A DNA stretch of 64,000 nt from Candidatus Thorarchaeota archaeon (lineage in GTDB: Archaea; Asgardarchaeota; Thorarchaeia; Thorarchaeales; Thorarchaeaceae). This document shows positions 47,877-58,255 of the stretch, in pieces. Under the pieces are notes generated by a model. That model was not told the DNA's origin and searched no databases. It saw nothing but the letters and a program-made list of their open reading frames with translations. The number at the start of each line of letters is the position of its first letter. The stretch's first letter is position 1. The translations under genes were made by a program, and so were the position numbers. The stretch covers positions 32,001 to 96,000 of the forward strand of contig JBHLRZ010000002.1 in assembly GCA_048882045.1 (NCBI GenBank), read 5' to 3'.

Positions 47877-49391
47877 ATGACTGAATTCCCTGCCAACATG
47901 CGCCTTGGTACAGTTGTTTCCACAGAATCTGGTCCTAATGTTATGGAGTTTGCATTCGTATTGGAAGGTGGACCACGAGAAATTATTGCCCGGCGTGGTG
48001 AGTTCATTTCAGTGACTGCTGACGCAGGAACTGTGATTGCAAGAGTCCAAGATTTAATCCGGACTAATCGTTATTATCAACACGCTGAGGCTGTGCGTGA
48101 ATATCAGTCTAGAGGTGAACCATTACGATCTATATTTCCAACTGATAGGTGGCAATATACCATTGCAAAGGCAAGAGTTCTAGGACTATGGTCAAATGGA
48201 AAAACAGTCCGTCCATATTTCGCTGTCTCACCAGGAGCCATAGTACGACGAGCTGACGAAGAAACCCTTGCTGCGTTCTTGAACATGGACTTGAAAGAGG
48301 GACTCCATCTTGGACATCTTGCATATCAAAACTTGCAATTTGTGCCAACAGTTGATCGTCTTCTATCGAAGCATCTTGCTATTCTAGCCATGAGTGGTGC
48401 TGGAAAATCATACTTTGTGTCTGTGCTACTCGAAGAACTTCTTGCCCGGACCAAAGAACAAGGGCGACTCTCAGTTGTCGTGGTTGATGTTCATGGTGAG
48501 TACACATACCTAAAGGACCTCAAGCCCAAAGATTTGGGCCTGTCTTCGCAGCATTTTGAGATCGAACACATTCGAGGATCACATTTTCAGATTCCGGTTC
48601 AGATGCTTTCCGCTGAGGCACTAGGTTCTCTTGTAGCTGATATGAGCGCAATCCAAATTCGCGACTTGCGGCGAGTCATTTCTGATGTTAAGGAAACAAT
48701 GAAAGAGGGATATACTCTGGCAGATCTTGTAGAGCATATTCGTGATGATGAGTCTATCAGTAAAAACACCCGCGAAGCACTTGCGGGTTGGTTGATCAAT
48801 CTTGATCAAACACTTCTCTTTGGCAAGACTGCTGTTCCCAGTATCACAAACATAGTCAGACCTGGAAAAATCACTCTGATAGATCTGAGTGACTTCATCA
48901 GTCTCAAGAAGAAGCAAATTGTGGTTTCATTCTTGGCTAGTGAACTCCTCTATTTACGAAGGCGTGAACAAATACCACCATTTCTCTTAGTTCTTGAAGA
49001 GGCCCATCAATTCTGTCCAGAGAGCCGTCATGAGCTAGCGTTGCCCAAGAGTCGCATTGAAACAATAGCGCGTGAGGGAAGAAAGTTCCATGCTCTTCTC
49101 TGTCTTATTTCACAGAGACCTGTGAAACTCTCTACTACAGTACTGAGTCAGTGTAGTAACCAAGCGATTCTCAGGTGTACCAATCCATATGATTTGGAGC
49201 ATATTGGTAGGTCGAGTGAAGGAATCGATCGATCCTCCCTCGACGCAATTACTACCCTAGAAATAGGTGAGGCTCTCTTTGTTGGTGAAACAGTATCAGT
49301 GCCAACATTCGTCAAAATTCGTCAGAGAAAGTATGAACCAAAATCTATCACCAAAGATTTGACTGATGCCATAATCAAAGCCGATAGATGA
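47877..49391 (+). CDS. herA: HerA bipolar DNA helicase
   Basis: HAS barrel, HLAILAMSGAGKS, DVHGEY, LEEAHQF, AREGRK, SQRP. Confidence 0.92.
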   Translation: MTEFPANMRLGTVVSTESGPNVMEFAFVLEGGPREIIARRGEFISVTADAGTVIARVQDLIRTNRYYQHAEAVREYQSRGEPLRSIFPTDRWQYTIAKARVLGLWSNGKTVRPYFAVSPGAIVRRADEETLAAFLNMDLKEGLHLGHLAYQNLQFVPTVDRLLSKHLAILAMSGAGKSYFVSVLLEELLARTKEQGRLSVVVVDVHGEYTYLKDLKPKDLGLSSQHFEIEHIRGSHFQIPVQMLSAEALGSLVADMSAIQIRDLRRVISDVKETMKEGYTLADLVEHIRDDESISKNTREALAGWLINLDQTLLFGKTAVPSITNIVRPGKITLIDLSDFISLKKKQIVVSFLASELLYLRRREQIPPFLLVLEEAHQFCPESRHELALPKSRIETIAREGRKFHALLCLISQRPVKLSTTVLSQCSNQAILRCTNPYDLEHIGRSSEGIDRSSLDAITTLEIGEALFVGETVSVPTFVKIRQRKYEPKSITKDLTDAIIKADR

Positions 49392-49472
49392 TATTGCCAC
49401 GAGTAAGCCTGATAAGATGTGAAATGAAGTTCAATTCAGAACTGAAACGTCGATGAAAAGGGGATTTCCACC

Positions 49473-50048
49473 ATGTCTGATGATGAATTGAATGATATAA
49501 GACAACTCATAGACTCTATGCAATCGGGTCTTGTTGAGCTCTTTGACCAGCTTCGTGACCTGAGGACTCGACTGAATCTAGTATCAGAAAATGCTTCTGA
49601 AACCGTTTCAACACCTGCTATTCTCCCCCTTTTTTCAGAAGTCAAAAGTTCATCTTCAGATACAGTAGAAGATGAAGTCCTTGAGGGTTCCGAATTACCC
49701 ACTGAAAAGGAAGAACCTGCGCCACCTGTTATTATTGATGAACCACCAATAGAGGTCGAAGAGTCTGATGCTGAGCAGTCGGCCAGTAGTGCAAGAGTGA
49801 ATCGAGTCCTCGATCCTATCTCACACGAACTTCGTACCGGTGAAGCTCCAGCAGATATCATCTATGAATATCTCCAATCTGCACGAGAATACCTCATCGA
49901 TGAAGCATCAGAGAAAGGGAAAGTAGCCAGAGATATGGATATAGTCCTGAATTTTCTCAAGGCTCGAGGAAAGAAGGCAATCCGTCCAGATGAACGAGAT
50001 AATATTCTAAAAAGAATCCGTCGCTGGAAAGCTCATCTTGTTGTGTAG
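49473..50048 (+). CDS. Hypothetical protein (N-terminal coiled coil, acidic linker, helical C-terminus)
   Basis: Protein-like composition; co-oriented with herA. Confidence 0.7.
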   Translation: MSDDELNDIRQLIDSMQSGLVELFDQLRDLRTRLNLVSENASETVSTPAILPLFSEVKSSSSDTVEDEVLEGSELPTEKEEPAPPVIIDEPPIEVEESDAEQSASSARVNRVLDPISHELRTGEAPADIIYEYLQSAREYLIDEASEKGKVARDMDIVLNFLKARGKKAIRPDERDNILKRIRRWKAHLVV

Positions 50049-50077
50049 TCTAGCTCTCCAGCTGACTGAATTATCTT

Positions 50078-50368
50078 CTATTCCAAATCGATAATGACTC
50101 GCTTCACTTTGGTTTTTGATATCTTTTTGAGACCGTGCTGGCCTGGTTCATAGCGACATTCAAGCAAGCCTGCATCAAAAAGAATCTTGATTTGGGCGCT
50201 GGCGTTGGCCTCAGTTCCACCGAGGTGTCGTGCTACTCGTGTTACATCTTTCTCTCCTTGAAGCAGAAGTTTTAGAATCTTTAGCCGAGTTCCTGAAGAA
50301 AGAGCGCGTCCAATGCGTAGTACTGCGTCGTCATTGTTAATCTCTAGTATTTCGGACAATTGTTGCAC
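50078..50368 (-). CDS. ArsR/SmtB-family transcriptional regulator
   Basis: RALSSGTRLKILKLL..DVTRVA..ANASAQIKIL..AGLL. Confidence 0.88.
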   Translation of the reverse strand: MQQLSEILEINNDDAVLRIGRALSSGTRLKILKLLLQGEKDVTRVARHLGGTEANASAQIKILFDAGLLECRYEPGQHGLKKISKTKVKRVIIDLE

Positions 50369-50456
50369 CTTGAAGGAGTGTTACATGATTCCTCAAGTAG
50401 GGGTTTATTATACTTGTTGTTTGGGGATATTAAAAACCAGTAACTGTACAGCCTTA

Positions 50457-50480
50457 GACCTATGAACAAGTTCATAGGTC
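50457..50480. promoter_or_regulatory. Perfect 11-2-11 inverted repeat, candidate ArsR operator
   Basis: GACCTATGAAC-AA-GTTCATAGGTC between the divergent arsR and DUF460 genes. Confidence 0.65.
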
Positions 50481-50513
50481 ATCTAGATTAATTACAACTG
50501 AGAGTTAAGACAG

Positions 50514-52532
50514 ATGAGTTTTGAAGGTGTAATCATTGTAGGATTTGATATACTACCTTCTCATAGTGCAAGTTCAAAGAAAGCTCCCAAGTTTGCTTGT
50601 GTTGTTACACGAGATGAGGTTGTTCTGAACGAATATCATGAGATATCCAGAGGAGCTCTTCTAAAATTGGTAAGAGATATTGCACCGAAGTGGCTCTGTA
50701 CTGACAACATCTTTGAGATAGTTCCTGATACAAAGTCACTCTTTCACTTGGTAGATAGAATACCCTCAGAAACCAGAATTGTTCAGGTCACTGGAGTCCC
50801 ACCTCGACAGACACCTCTCAAAATTCTAGCAAAACGACATGGACTACCAGCACGTGGTAAGCCGACCCCCTTGGAATCAGCCCGTATTGCAGCCCAGTTG
50901 GCCGCAAGAGGTGTTGGATATACACTAGAATGTTTTAGCGAACAGACTGAGATCAAGGTGACCAGGGGTCGTAAACCCGGACGTGGTGGACAGAGCGCAA
51001 ATAGATTCAGACGAAGAGTCCACTCACAAATACAACAGATGACTCGATTCATTGAGTCCGAAATAAAGACAGCAGGAATCGACTATGATATCGATGTCCG
51101 AGAATCTGATTTTGGTTATGCAAGCGCAAGACTGGTCACCTACGCTCCACTTCCGACTATAAGCAAGATAATCAAGGCAAAACGTGGAGGCGACTTCAAT
51201 ATACTCGTTTCTCCAGTAAGAAAGAGAGTAGAATTTGTACCCCTCGAACCACGACAGGTAACTCATCTCAAACCAAAGTACTTCATTCTTGGTATCGACC
51301 CTGGAACCACAGCTGCTTATTGCTTACTATCTCTAGATGGTCATGTTCGCGCTGTTAGAAGTAGGAAAGGCCTGACCCGGGCAGATATGATTCGTGAAGT
51401 CTACGAAACTGGTATTCCAGCTATTGTCGCTTCGGATGTCCCACAGGTGCCTCATTTTGTAGAAAAGTTCGCTAGTACTGTGAACGCTCCTGTTTTCACA
51501 CCCAAGAAACCAATAGCCGTCGCAGATAAACAAGAGCTTGCAAGAGAATATGGTACTGAAAAGAGGATACGTAATGCCCATGAACGGGATGCATTGACTG
51601 CCGCTGTCTATGCCTACAGGTCCCTTCATCCAAAGCTCGAGCAGATTGACAGAATCATCCATGAGCAGCAGATTTCTGTGGACCGGAACTATCTCAAGGC
51701 ATTAGTGATTAAGGGCTCCTCAATCAACGAGGCAATAGCACAAATTGAACATGAGTCTGCTGAAGTCATAGAAACAGTTCCTGAACAACTCCCCATAAAG
51801 GAGGAACCGCTGACACAGGAGCGATTTGATGCGCTCCAGGCAAAGATTGACCATATAGAATCCGAAAACAGAATTCTTCTTGACAAGATAGAAGACCTGC
51901 AGAGGTATGTAGAATATCTGAAGTTCAGAGAGAGTGAACTATCTGACAACCTTGAGATTGTAAGTGATGAGAATTATTGGAAAATCAAGCGTGACCGTGA
52001 AATTTCAAGAGACCAATCTGCATTGGTGAACTCCAAACAAGAAGCCGCCTCACTGAGGAAAGATGTTAAGGAACTAGAGAAGCGTCTTGAACTTCTAAAA
52101 GGAGTAAAGCGGCTTGAGATTCGAGGCGACATGCTCGCAGTAAAGGTCATCCCCCAGTTTACTAGAGAGAGTATTGAAGAGTATGCTAAGAAGGTTGGTC
52201 TCAAGAGTCACGATATAGTCCTTTTTGAGGATGCATCCGGTGGAGGTCCACAAACAGCTGGTATTCTCATTGATCATGAGATTCGAGCAGTCGTTGTAGA
52301 TACACCTCTTTCACATCTTCCTCAAGATGAACTAATCAAAGCAATGATTCCTGTGATTGATGCAGAAGAGGTCGATCTTCAACGTGTTGATGAATTTGCG
52401 TTCATAAGCAGAGGAAAATTCGAACAACAGCTCCAGACCTTCATCAAGTCTGTACGTGAACAAGCGCGACAGAAAGGTGAAGCAAAACTGGTTGAACTCA
52501 TCGAACGTTATCGACGTGAAATCGAGCGATGA
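50514..52532 (+). CDS. DUF460 (COG2433-like) RNase H-fold protein with coiled coil
   Basis: GRGGQSANRFRR, LGIDPGTT, HERDALTAA, coiled coil, DASGGG. Confidence 0.88.
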   Translation: MSFEGVIIVGFDILPSHSASSKKAPKFACVVTRDEVVLNEYHEISRGALLKLVRDIAPKWLCTDNIFEIVPDTKSLFHLVDRIPSETRIVQVTGVPPRQTPLKILAKRHGLPARGKPTPLESARIAAQLAARGVGYTLECFSEQTEIKVTRGRKPGRGGQSANRFRRRVHSQIQQMTRFIESEIKTAGIDYDIDVRESDFGYASARLVTYAPLPTISKIIKAKRGGDFNILVSPVRKRVEFVPLEPRQVTHLKPKYFILGIDPGTTAAYCLLSLDGHVRAVRSRKGLTRADMIREVYETGIPAIVASDVPQVPHFVEKFASTVNAPVFTPKKPIAVADKQELAREYGTEKRIRNAHERDALTAAVYAYRSLHPKLEQIDRIIHEQQISVDRNYLKALVIKGSSINEAIAQIEHESAEVIETVPEQLPIKEEPLTQERFDALQAKIDHIESENRILLDKIEDLQRYVEYLKFRESELSDNLEIVSDENYWKIKRDREISRDQSALVNSKQEAASLRKDVKELEKRLELLKGVKRLEIRGDMLAVKVIPQFTRESIEEYAKKVGLKSHDIVLFEDASGGGPQTAGILIDHEIRAVVVDTPLSHLPQDELIKAMIPVIDAEEVDLQRVDEFAFISRGKFEQQLQTFIKSVREQARQKGEAKLVELIERYRREIER

Positions 52533-52533
52533 C

Positions 52534-52764
52534 TCATTCAGGTATTTGAATCCAAAGAATATTGTTGCCTCTCACGAGAACCTGACCATACTTGGCTTTG
52601 GTGTTGTCTTCCTCAAGTTCCTCTGCATCGGCAAGCGTGAGGTTCATGTACATATCACACCGCGTCAGACGACCACGAAAGATTCTCTGATCCTTCAACT
52701 TGACTGACACAATATCATTGAGCTGTTGCTCGAGAGCTTTGATTGGCATCTTCTCTGGCACCAC
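52534..52764 (-). CDS. Sm-like (LSm/SmAP) protein
   Basis: RGRLTRCDMYMNLTLADAEE, VLVRGNNI. Confidence 0.93.
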   Translation of the reverse strand: MVPEKMPIKALEQQLNDIVSVKLKDQRIFRGRLTRCDMYMNLTLADAEELEEDNTKAKYGQVLVRGNNILWIQIPE

Positions 52765-52902
52765 AGGATACCTCTCGACAGTGGCCCCTAGAGTCCATTA
52801 TAAAGCCTTTGCTCCATGATTATGTCTTTGGTCGAAGCGTAAGAGTCAACAGACAATGTGCCTCAAAAGGTAGTCAGTACAAAGCATTCAGGAAATTCAA
52901 TT

Positions 52903-53898
52903 ATGACAAAGATATGTCTTGGACTTGAAGGAACCGCTCACTCATTTGGAGCCGGTGTCGTGACTAGTGAGGGAAAAGTCCTTTCTAACGAATGGGACAT
53001 GCTCAAACCAGATCAGGGAGGTATCCATCCACGTGAGGCAAGCAGGCATCATTCGGAGCTTGGTCCAAAGATAATCAAAAAGGCTATCCATAAAGCCGGA
53101 ATAGGATTTCAAGACATTGATTTCATAGCCTTCTCGAGGGGGCCTGGACTGGGTCCATGTCTGAGAACTACTGCGACAATTGCCCGTACAATCTCTCTCA
53201 AACTTGGTATTCCTCTCGTTGACGTCAATCATTGTGTTGCACACATTGAGATAGGTTGTCTTGAATCAGGATTCAAGGATCCCGTAACTGTATATTTGTC
53301 AGGAGGAAACACTCAGATAATTGCTTTTGCAGGAGGGAGATTTAGGACCTTTGGAGAAACCCTTGATATTGCAATTGGCAATATGTTGGATGTCCTTGGT
53401 CGTGACCTAGGCATGGGATTTCCAGCTGGTCCTGTTATTGAAACTAAGGCGAAAGAAGGAGGAACCTACTACAATCTGCCTTATTCAGTCAAAGGAATGG
53501 ATCTCAGTTATTCTGGAATACTCACTGCTGCACGGCGACTTCATTCTGAGGGTGTTCCCACTCAAGATATCTGTTTCAGTGTTCAAGAAACCGCCTTCGG
53601 CATGATAGCAGAAATTGCAGAACGTGCTCTTGCGCATACAAAAAAGAGAGAAATTCTTCTGACTGGTGGGGTCGCTCGTAATAACCGGATGACTGAGATT
53701 CTTGCTGGAGTCGCTGAACGACACGAATCACAATTTCATCGAGTTTCCCCATCCCTCGCTGGTGATCAAGGAGCTATGATTGCTTGGAATGGTATCCTTC
53801 AGTTCAATGCAGGTTGTCAGATAAAAATTGAAGAATCCCATGTTCTGCCCAAGTGGAGAACTGATGATCAAGATGTCATCTGGAGGGAGTCTTCGTGA
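52903..53898 (+). CDS. kae1: KEOPS t6A synthase Kae1
   Basis: LGLEGTAH, GGIHPRE, NHCVAHIE, SGGNT, ETLDIAIGN, DQGAMIA; start ATG 52903. Confidence 0.97.
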   Translation: MTKICLGLEGTAHSFGAGVVTSEGKVLSNEWDMLKPDQGGIHPREASRHHSELGPKIIKKAIHKAGIGFQDIDFIAFSRGPGLGPCLRTTATIARTISLKLGIPLVDVNHCVAHIEIGCLESGFKDPVTVYLSGGNTQIIAFAGGRFRTFGETLDIAIGNMLDVLGRDLGMGFPAGPVIETKAKEGGTYYNLPYSVKGMDLSYSGILTAARRLHSEGVPTQDICFSVQETAFGMIAEIAERALAHTKKREILLTGGVARNNRMTEILAGVAERHESQFHRVSPSLAGDQGAMIAWNGILQFNAGCQIKIEESHVLPKWRTDDQDVIWRESS

Positions 53899-54521
53899 AA
53901 CAGATGTTAGCCCGAGGAGCGGAGTCTATCATCTTCAAGATAGAACGATGGGGTCATACCTATGCGTTGAAGTGGAGACAAAGTAAACCCTATCTCTTGA
54001 GTGATATAGACACTCAACTCAGGAGAACTCGGATTAACAGAGAGTGCAAGATGTTGACAATATCCAGAACTCTTGGAGTACGTACTCCTGCAGTCTATTC
54101 GGTGGATTTACACAATTACACAATAATGATGGACTTCATTGAAGGAACACAGTTCAAAGAGATTGCCAATCAAGTACCAAAACAAAAGCTCGTTCATTTC
54201 AGTCGTGAATTTGGTCGTCTCATAGCATATCTCCATTATGGAAATGTTGTCCATGGGGACCCAACCACGAGTAATGTCATTATAGACCAAAGTAATAAGC
54301 TGTGGCTGGTTGACTTCGGACTTTCTGAGATGAATGCTACAACCGAAACAAAAGGAGTCGATCTACATCTCATCCAGAGGGCATTAGAAACGACACACTG
54401 GGATCTCCAAGAAACCATGCTCGAAGCGACACTTGAAGGCTATTCTGAGGTCTGTGGTAGTGAAGCTGAACCAGTACTTTCAAGAATGAAGGAAATAAGG
54501 GAACGAGGAAGATATCTCTGA
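53895..54521 (+). CDS. bud32: KEOPS kinase Bud32
   Basis: RGAES, HGDPTTSN, DFGL, VDL, RGRY. Confidence 0.95.
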   Translation: MKQMLARGAESIIFKIERWGHTYALKWRQSKPYLLSDIDTQLRRTRINRECKMLTISRTLGVRTPAVYSVDLHNYTIMMDFIEGTQFKEIANQVPKQKLVHFSREFGRLIAYLHYGNVVHGDPTTSNVIIDQSNKLWLVDFGLSEMNATTETKGVDLHLIQRALETTHWDLQETMLEATLEGYSEVCGSEAEPVLSRMKEIRERGRYL

Positions 54522-54619
54522 GAGTGGACTCGCCACAAGGCAATCTTTATATCCACAGCCTTAGGCCATGGGGCAGACCCGGTTTTTGAGGGTACAATTT
54601 GGACTTAGAGGTAGTCCCA

Positions 54620-55081
54620 ATGGCAAGAATGCATACTAGGCGCAAGGGCCAATCTGGAAGTAAACGTCCCTCCACACTTAGAATTCCTGATTGGATGGAG
54701 AAGGACAAAGACGCTCAGTGGGTAGAAGCCCAGGTTGTCGAACTTGCCAAAGCTGGAAACACTCCCTCTATGATTGGAAAGATACTCAGAGACCAATATG
54801 GCATTCCACTTGTCAGAGTGATTACCAATAAGCGAGTAATGGACATTCTACGTGAGAACGACCTTGAACGAAGAGTACCAGAGGACCTCCGAAATATGAT
54901 TGCAAAAGCTGTGACAATTCGGAAACATCTTGAAGAAAACAAGAAAGATTTTGTTTCAAAACGAGGACTCCAGCTTGTTGAGAGCAAGATTCATCGACTT
55001 TCCAAGTATTATCGTAAAAAGAAAGTACTCCCTGCTGATTGGAAGTACAGTCCCGATCAAGCAGCCGTCCTTTTGAGATAG
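54620..55081 (+). CDS. rps15: 30S ribosomal protein uS15
   Basis: MARMHTRRKGQSGSKRP, LRDQYGIP, ESKIHRL..YY. Confidence 0.98.
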   Translation: MARMHTRRKGQSGSKRPSTLRIPDWMEKDKDAQWVEAQVVELAKAGNTPSMIGKILRDQYGIPLVRVITNKRVMDILRENDLERRVPEDLRNMIAKAVTIRKHLEENKKDFVSKRGLQLVESKIHRLSKYYRKKKVLPADWKYSPDQAAVLLR

Positions 55082-55102
55082 TTTTATCATCAGCCTATTG
55101 AC

Positions 55103-56461
55103 TTGATTCACCAAATGAGCAAGAAATCAGGCAAGTCTCCATCCTTAAGAGCATTAAAGACTCAATGTGGCGAAATCTCGTTCAAGAGCGATGACCACCT
55201 ACTATTAGTATCATCACCTACACCCGAATCCACGCTAGCCACAGCCCTGATTTGTAGAGCGGCGATGAGGGTTGAAGGATCATTTCATGTTTCATTTGAA
55301 GAACCCATTATGAGTATAGAATCAGTAAACAACTACAGGGCACAGTATGAATCTTCAACCCTTGTCTTAGTTGGTCTTGAAATCGTAGGAAAAAAGAAAC
55401 TCAGAAAGGGAAAGGGCTATCCCATATTCGTGGGTGGTTCTTCTGAGTCTGAACAGGTCACATCTCTCACCATCGGAAATTCTCACACCGTTTCAGCCTC
55501 AGCATATGCCCTTTCAGATGAGCAATTCACAACAGGTGATTATGAACTCCAAATGGCGACAGCAGCTTCATTGATTTATGATACATCACCGATTTCCCCA
55601 AAAACAACGAGTTCGGCTAACAGGACAATCCTCAAACTGGCTGAGAAAAATAATCTAGTGGAGGAACGTGCTGGAATACGACTCTTTGGATTGAATTTTC
55701 TACCAATCGACGAAGTCTTAGTCTTCAGTACTCGACCATACATTGAAGGAATCAGTGGGAATCAGAAATCCTGTGACGCATTCCTTAGTGCGGCTGATGT
55801 CCCTATCACAAAATTACGGGACCCATTGACTTCACTCAACAGTCGTGAGATTCAACAATTCTCACAGCATCTGACGTCACGTCTATTGGAAAAAATGGCA
55901 CCCGACAAAATTCCATTTGGCACAGACTATATTCTCAATCTCGAGAATGAAAATAGTCCATTGCGATATCTATCAGGTCTAGAATCTATCGCTGATACGT
56001 TTTGGGCGCGTCAAGAGCTGGGTGCAGTGATGAGCATCTGGATTGGAGATCGTGGAAGATCATTACGTACTGTAATTGACAATCATCTGAGCCACAACAG
56101 AGATGTCATATCAGCTGTTCACAGACTTGCATCAAAGATGAAAGGCGCATCAAGTGAAGTTAGCACCTCGATTGAGCTTGCTGGAGTCCGAGCTGAACTT
56201 CTAACAGATATAGGTCGAGTGGCTCTTCAGAGTGAGATTGCGAATCCAGAAAGACCTTTGATTATTTACAATGAGGAATCTAGCATCATCATTTGGACCT
56301 ATACAAATGTCAACGTTAATCACATTCTTCCAGTTTTAATTGAACAAGATATGCAACCTCTCACAACCTCCAACCAATCAGTCATGTTGAGAGGTACGAG
56401 CCCTGAGTCTGTTACTGAAACCCTCAAACTTGTTAAGTCTCTAAGTGAGAAAAAGAGGTGA
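55103..56461 (+). CDS. RecJ/DHH-family (Cdc45-related) homolog, apparently catalytically inactive
   Basis: Occupies the rps15-recJ-pcc1 syntenic slot; STRPYIEGISGN motif; DxD and DHH motifs absent. Confidence 0.7.
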   Translation: MIHQMSKKSGKSPSLRALKTQCGEISFKSDDHLLLVSSPTPESTLATALICRAAMRVEGSFHVSFEEPIMSIESVNNYRAQYESSTLVLVGLEIVGKKKLRKGKGYPIFVGGSSESEQVTSLTIGNSHTVSASAYALSDEQFTTGDYELQMATAASLIYDTSPISPKTTSSANRTILKLAEKNNLVEERAGIRLFGLNFLPIDEVLVFSTRPYIEGISGNQKSCDAFLSAADVPITKLRDPLTSLNSREIQQFSQHLTSRLLEKMAPDKIPFGTDYILNLENENSPLRYLSGLESIADTFWARQELGAVMSIWIGDRGRSLRTVIDNHLSHNRDVISAVHRLASKMKGASSEVSTSIELAGVRAELLTDIGRVALQSEIANPERPLIIYNEESSIIIWTYTNVNVNHILPVLIEQDMQPLTTSNQSVMLRGTSPESVTETLKLVKSLSEKKR

Positions 56462-56711
56462 TTTGATGTTTGCACAAATTGTACTAGATTTCGAGTCTGA
56501 AGCCATAGCAGAAAGAATGCTCTCCACCATAACTCCTGATAACACTCCACTACCATCTGGCCTAGAAATCGAATGTACAGTCCAAAACAAATCACTGTCC
56601 ATTGAAATCCACTCAAAACGTAGCTTAGAAAGCCTTGGTTCAACACTAGAAGACATAATGAGTGCAATCGATCTCTCAATGAGAACATCGGATACTTTGG
56701 AGATGCAATAA
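56445..56711 (+). CDS. pcc1: KEOPS subunit Pcc1
   Basis: ITPDN..P..IE..SLESL..TLEDI; syntenic position. Confidence 0.82.
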   Translation: MRKRGDLMFAQIVLDFESEAIAERMLSTITPDNTPLPSGLEIECTVQNKSLSIEIHSKRSLESLGSTLEDIMSAIDLSMRTSDTLEMQ

Positions 56712-56713
56712 TT

Positions 56714-58249
56714 CTACTCCATAGATGAAGCAAGTTCATCGCATATGGACTGAGCCTTGGACCGAGATTCTTCTGCCATTTCCTTCGTGATGAACCCTCT
56801 TTGGACTGCACGTTTCAGAAGATGTTGATCAATGATTCTAGGTTCCTCATTTATTGGTGCCTTGACCACATCAATTTCTAGATCTATGTATCGAATCTTG
56901 CCTGGACTGTTTCCATTGCTTGGATACACTTCTACACCAGTATTGATATTCACATATTTACCCTTGATTTCTCCATCACGTGTGTAGTAATTGGTTTCAA
57001 GCGTGAGCTCACCAGGAATGACCTGAGTCAAAGCATAGTCGCCCTCATCACCAATGACATCTACACTCTCATCAGGATCTTGGGTCAGTTTGAGCTTCCT
57101 GTTTGTATGTCTGAATTGTCTTCTGATGACGAATCCTTTTGCGTTAATCTCTGTTATGCGTCCTCTCGAAAGCACAATATTTCTACCATCAAGTTTGACA
57201 TGCTCAATGTTTATCGATTCATCAAGACGCGGTAGGTCTCGTGAAACTATCTTATCCAGTTTGGATGTGATATAGCTGCGTTCTTCTGGCCGTTCCTCGA
57301 TAATCATCTCAGCCAAGTCAACGAGTGAAGAATAACCTGCACTCTTGTAGAAATGATGTCGTCTTATTGTAGGTTTGATTTTTGCTCTAGTATTGTCAAG
57401 TGCATCTTTGACTTCTAGTGGGAACTCGATGTCTGCGTTGCTGGTCCCTTCGAACAGAATACCCGCGGTGTCCAATTCGTTGTATTTGTTATACACAGCC
57501 TGTGCAGTATCAAGAAGATCATCAACCTCATTACGAAGCTCCTCTTCCGTGAGTTTCTCAGCAGCTGTCCTCCACAGAATTCCCCAATTCTCCGTGTGCT
57601 CACGTATCTTTCGTCCAAGGACTAGCAATTCGCTTCTCGAGTCTGGATCCTTGATCTTCGTACTCAACCGAACAACAGGTTCTGGCAACAAGACTGCTGC
57701 TTGTCCAGGAATGGTTATACTTGAAGATAAAACAGGTGCCTTTCTCCCATAATCATGAGCCCTAATCTGGACCATTATCTGTTGGCCTTTTTGAAATCCT
57801 CTATCAGGAAGAAGTCCTGATATTGCACCCAAATCAACCTTGGTCTGACCCGTCCTCTCATCTCGTCCAAGAATTACACCCCGATAAACAGAACTTTTTG
57901 CAACCCTTGGTGTTCTTGTAATGACACCTCCCAGACGTCTTCTTAACACATCAGTGAGTCGGACTAGGACCGATTCATATGCAATCGCGACTATTCCTTG
58001 AAGATCGCTACGATCCCAAATATCCACATCAGGAATATCACTCCGATAAGGAAGACCAAACCTTCTTGCCACTTCTGGCGTAGGTTGAACCACGTCAAAA
58101 TGGTTCTGCAGCATTATCTGCGTCAACGATTGCGAATAGATTCCTCTTATCCTTGCCTTCATCATGAGCAAACACTGGCCTGGGCCATAGGTGCTAGTCC
58201 TCCACTCTAGAGAGCGTTGGCTGGCTGTACGACAGGTAGTAATACCCAA
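56714..58249 (-). CDS. FAU-1 / RNase E-G-like RNA-binding protein (DUF402 C-terminus)
   Basis: ARIRGIYS, WGILWRTAA, HHFYKS, YVNINT.VE, YIDLEIDVV; true start probably near 58165. Confidence 0.88.
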   Translation of the reverse strand: MGITTCRTASQRSLEWRTSTYGPGQCLLMMKARIRGIYSQSLTQIMLQNHFDVVQPTPEVARRFGLPYRSDIPDVDIWDRSDLQGIVAIAYESVLVRLTDVLRRRLGGVITRTPRVAKSSVYRGVILGRDERTGQTKVDLGAISGLLPDRGFQKGQQIMVQIRAHDYGRKAPVLSSSITIPGQAAVLLPEPVVRLSTKIKDPDSRSELLVLGRKIREHTENWGILWRTAAEKLTEEELRNEVDDLLDTAQAVYNKYNELDTAGILFEGTSNADIEFPLEVKDALDNTRAKIKPTIRRHHFYKSAGYSSLVDLAEMIIEERPEERSYITSKLDKIVSRDLPRLDESINIEHVKLDGRNIVLSRGRITEINAKGFVIRRQFRHTNRKLKLTQDPDESVDVIGDEGDYALTQVIPGELTLETNYYTRDGEIKGKYVNINTGVEVYPSNGNSPGKIRYIDLEIDVVKAPINEEPRIIDQHLLKRAVQRGFITKEMAEESRSKAQSICDELASSME

Positions 58250-58255
58250 ACAGAG

